Shown here: piece after piece, positions 62,301 to 64,000 of the stretch | How positions within the stretch are numbered: position 1 is the first letter of the stretch | How the letters are laid out: the number at the start of each line of letters is the position of its first letter | From: Eledone cirrhosa | Taxonomy: Eukaryota | NCBI GenBank assembly: GCA_964016885.1 | Contig: OZ024754.1 | Location: forward strand, 21,204,001 to 21,268,000 | Length of the DNA stretch: 64,000 bases | Reading direction: 5' to 3' | Program-made: the position numbers and the translations under genes | Notes under the pieces: generated by a model | What the model was told of the DNA's origin: nothing | The model's input: only the letters and a program-made list of their open reading frames with translations | Databases searched by the model: none

Positions 62301-64000
62301 TAACCTAGGTTGCTGAATACCCAGATAAACATTCTAGAGCTAATCTAGGGTGCTAAATACCCAGGTACACATTGTAGAGCAAACCTAGGGTTTTAAATAC
62401 CCAGGTACACATTGCAGAGCTAATCTAGGGTGCTGAATACCCAGATAAACATTGTAGAGCTAATCTAGGGTGCTAAATACCCAGGTACACATTGTAGGGC
62501 TAACCTAGTGTGTTAAATACCCAGGTAAACATTCTAGAGTTAACCTAGTGTGCTAAATACCCAGGTAAACATTCTAGAGCTAACCTAGTGTGCTAAATAC
62601 GCAGGTAAACATTCTAGAGCTAACCTAGTGTGCTAAATACCCAGGTAAACATTGTAGAGCTAGCCTAGTGTGCTAATTACCCAGGTAAACATTCTAGTAT
62701 TAACCTAGTGTGCTAAATACCCAGGTAAACATTCTAGAGTTAACCTAGTGTGCTAAATACCCAGGTAAACATTCTAGTGTTAACCTAGTGTGCTAAATAC
62801 CCAGGTAAACATTCTAGAGTTAACCTAGTGTGCTAAATACCCAGGTAAACATTCTAGAGCTAACCTAGTGTGCTGAATACCCAGGTAAACATTCTAGAGC
62901 TAACCTAGTGTGCTAAATACCCAGGTAAACATTCTAGAGGTAACCTAGTGTGCTAAATACCCAGGTAAACATTCTAGAGCTAACCTGGTGTGCTAAATAC
63001 CCAGGTAAACATTCTAGAGCTAACCTAGTGTGCTAAATACCCAGGTAAACATTCTAGAGCTAACCTAGTGTGCTAAATACCCAGGTAAACATTCTAGAGC
63101 TAACCTAGTGTGCTAAATACCTACGTACACATTTTTGAGCGAATCTAGTGTGCCTAATACACGGATATATATTGTAGACCTAATCTAGGGTCCTAAATAA
63201 CCATGTACAAATTGTAGAGCCAAACTAGGGTGCAAATACCCAGGTACACATTTAAGAGCTAACCTAGGGTGCTAAATACCTAGGTACACATTGTGGAGCT
63301 AACTTAGGGTGCTAAATGCACAAGTGTACATTGTAGAGCTAACCTAGTGTGCTGAATACCTAGGTACACATAGTAGAGCTAATCTAATGTCCTAAATACG
63401 CAGGTACACATTGTAGAGCTAATCTAGGGTGCTGAATACCCAGGTACACATTGTAGAGCTAATCTAGGGTGTAAAATACACAGGTACACATTGTAGAGCC
63501 CATCTAGGGTGATGAATACCCAGATAAACATTGGCTTGCTAATCTAGGGTGCTAAATACCCAGGTACACATTGTAGAGCTAACCTAGGGTGTTAAATACC
63601 CAGGTAAACATTGTAGAGCTAATCTAGAGTGTTAAATACCCAGGTACACATTGTAGAGCTCACGTAGTGTGCTAAATACCCAGGTGAACATTCTAGAGCT
63701 AGCCTAGTGTGCTAAATACGCAGGTAAACATTCTAGAGCTAACCTAGTGTGCTAAATACCCAGGTAAACATTCTAGAGCTAGCCTAGTGTGCTAAATACC
63801 CAGGTAAACATTCTAGAGCTAACCCAGTGTGCTAAATACCCAGGTAAACATTCTAGAGCTAACCCAGTGTGCTCAATACCCAGGTAAACATTCTAGAGCT
63901 AACCCAGTGTGCTAAATACCCAGGTAAACATTCTAGAGCTAATCTAGTGTGCTAAATACGCAGGTCAACATTCTAGAGCTAGCCTAGTGTGCTAAATACC
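59362..64000. repeat. 40-bp tandem satellite running off the window end (>110 copies)
   Basis: Unit tacccaggtacacattgtagagctaacctagggtgttaaa with variants. Confidence 0.97.

Noticed and set aside
59362-64000. CRISPR-like array or coding repeat
   Set aside because: Contiguous 40-bp monomers without spacers; no ORF.

Overview
AT-rich eukaryotic DNA made almost entirely of transposable elements, microsatellites and satellites. No host gene, rRNA, true tRNA or CRISPR array is recognisable. The SINE/RTE/Penelope mix resembles a mollusc, probably a cephalopod such as octopus; this is an inference. Main contents: (1) a 6.7-kb intronless Helitron-class Rep-helicase reading frame (minus strand, 42096-48773), broken by one in-frame TGA and ending in a ubiquitin-specific protease (USP, peptidase C19)-like domain with an apparently intact catalytic triad; (2) five head-to-tail Tx1-clade LINE copies separated by (GATA)n, plus a sixth copy whose 18-bp target duplication starts in a lone TATC unit, suggesting microsatellite targeting; (3) several Penelope-like RT/GIY-YIG fragments and many foldback repeats carrying type I hammerhead ribozyme motifs, including a 183-bp retrozyme-like tandem array; (4) two decayed RTE LINEs with nested insertions, a CR1-like fragment, SINEs, MITEs and an inverted pair of non-autonomous Helitrons; (5) 62-bp and 40-bp satellites. 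All assignments come from reading motifs by eye; no searches or folding programs were run, and boundaries are approximate unless junction sequence is quoted.
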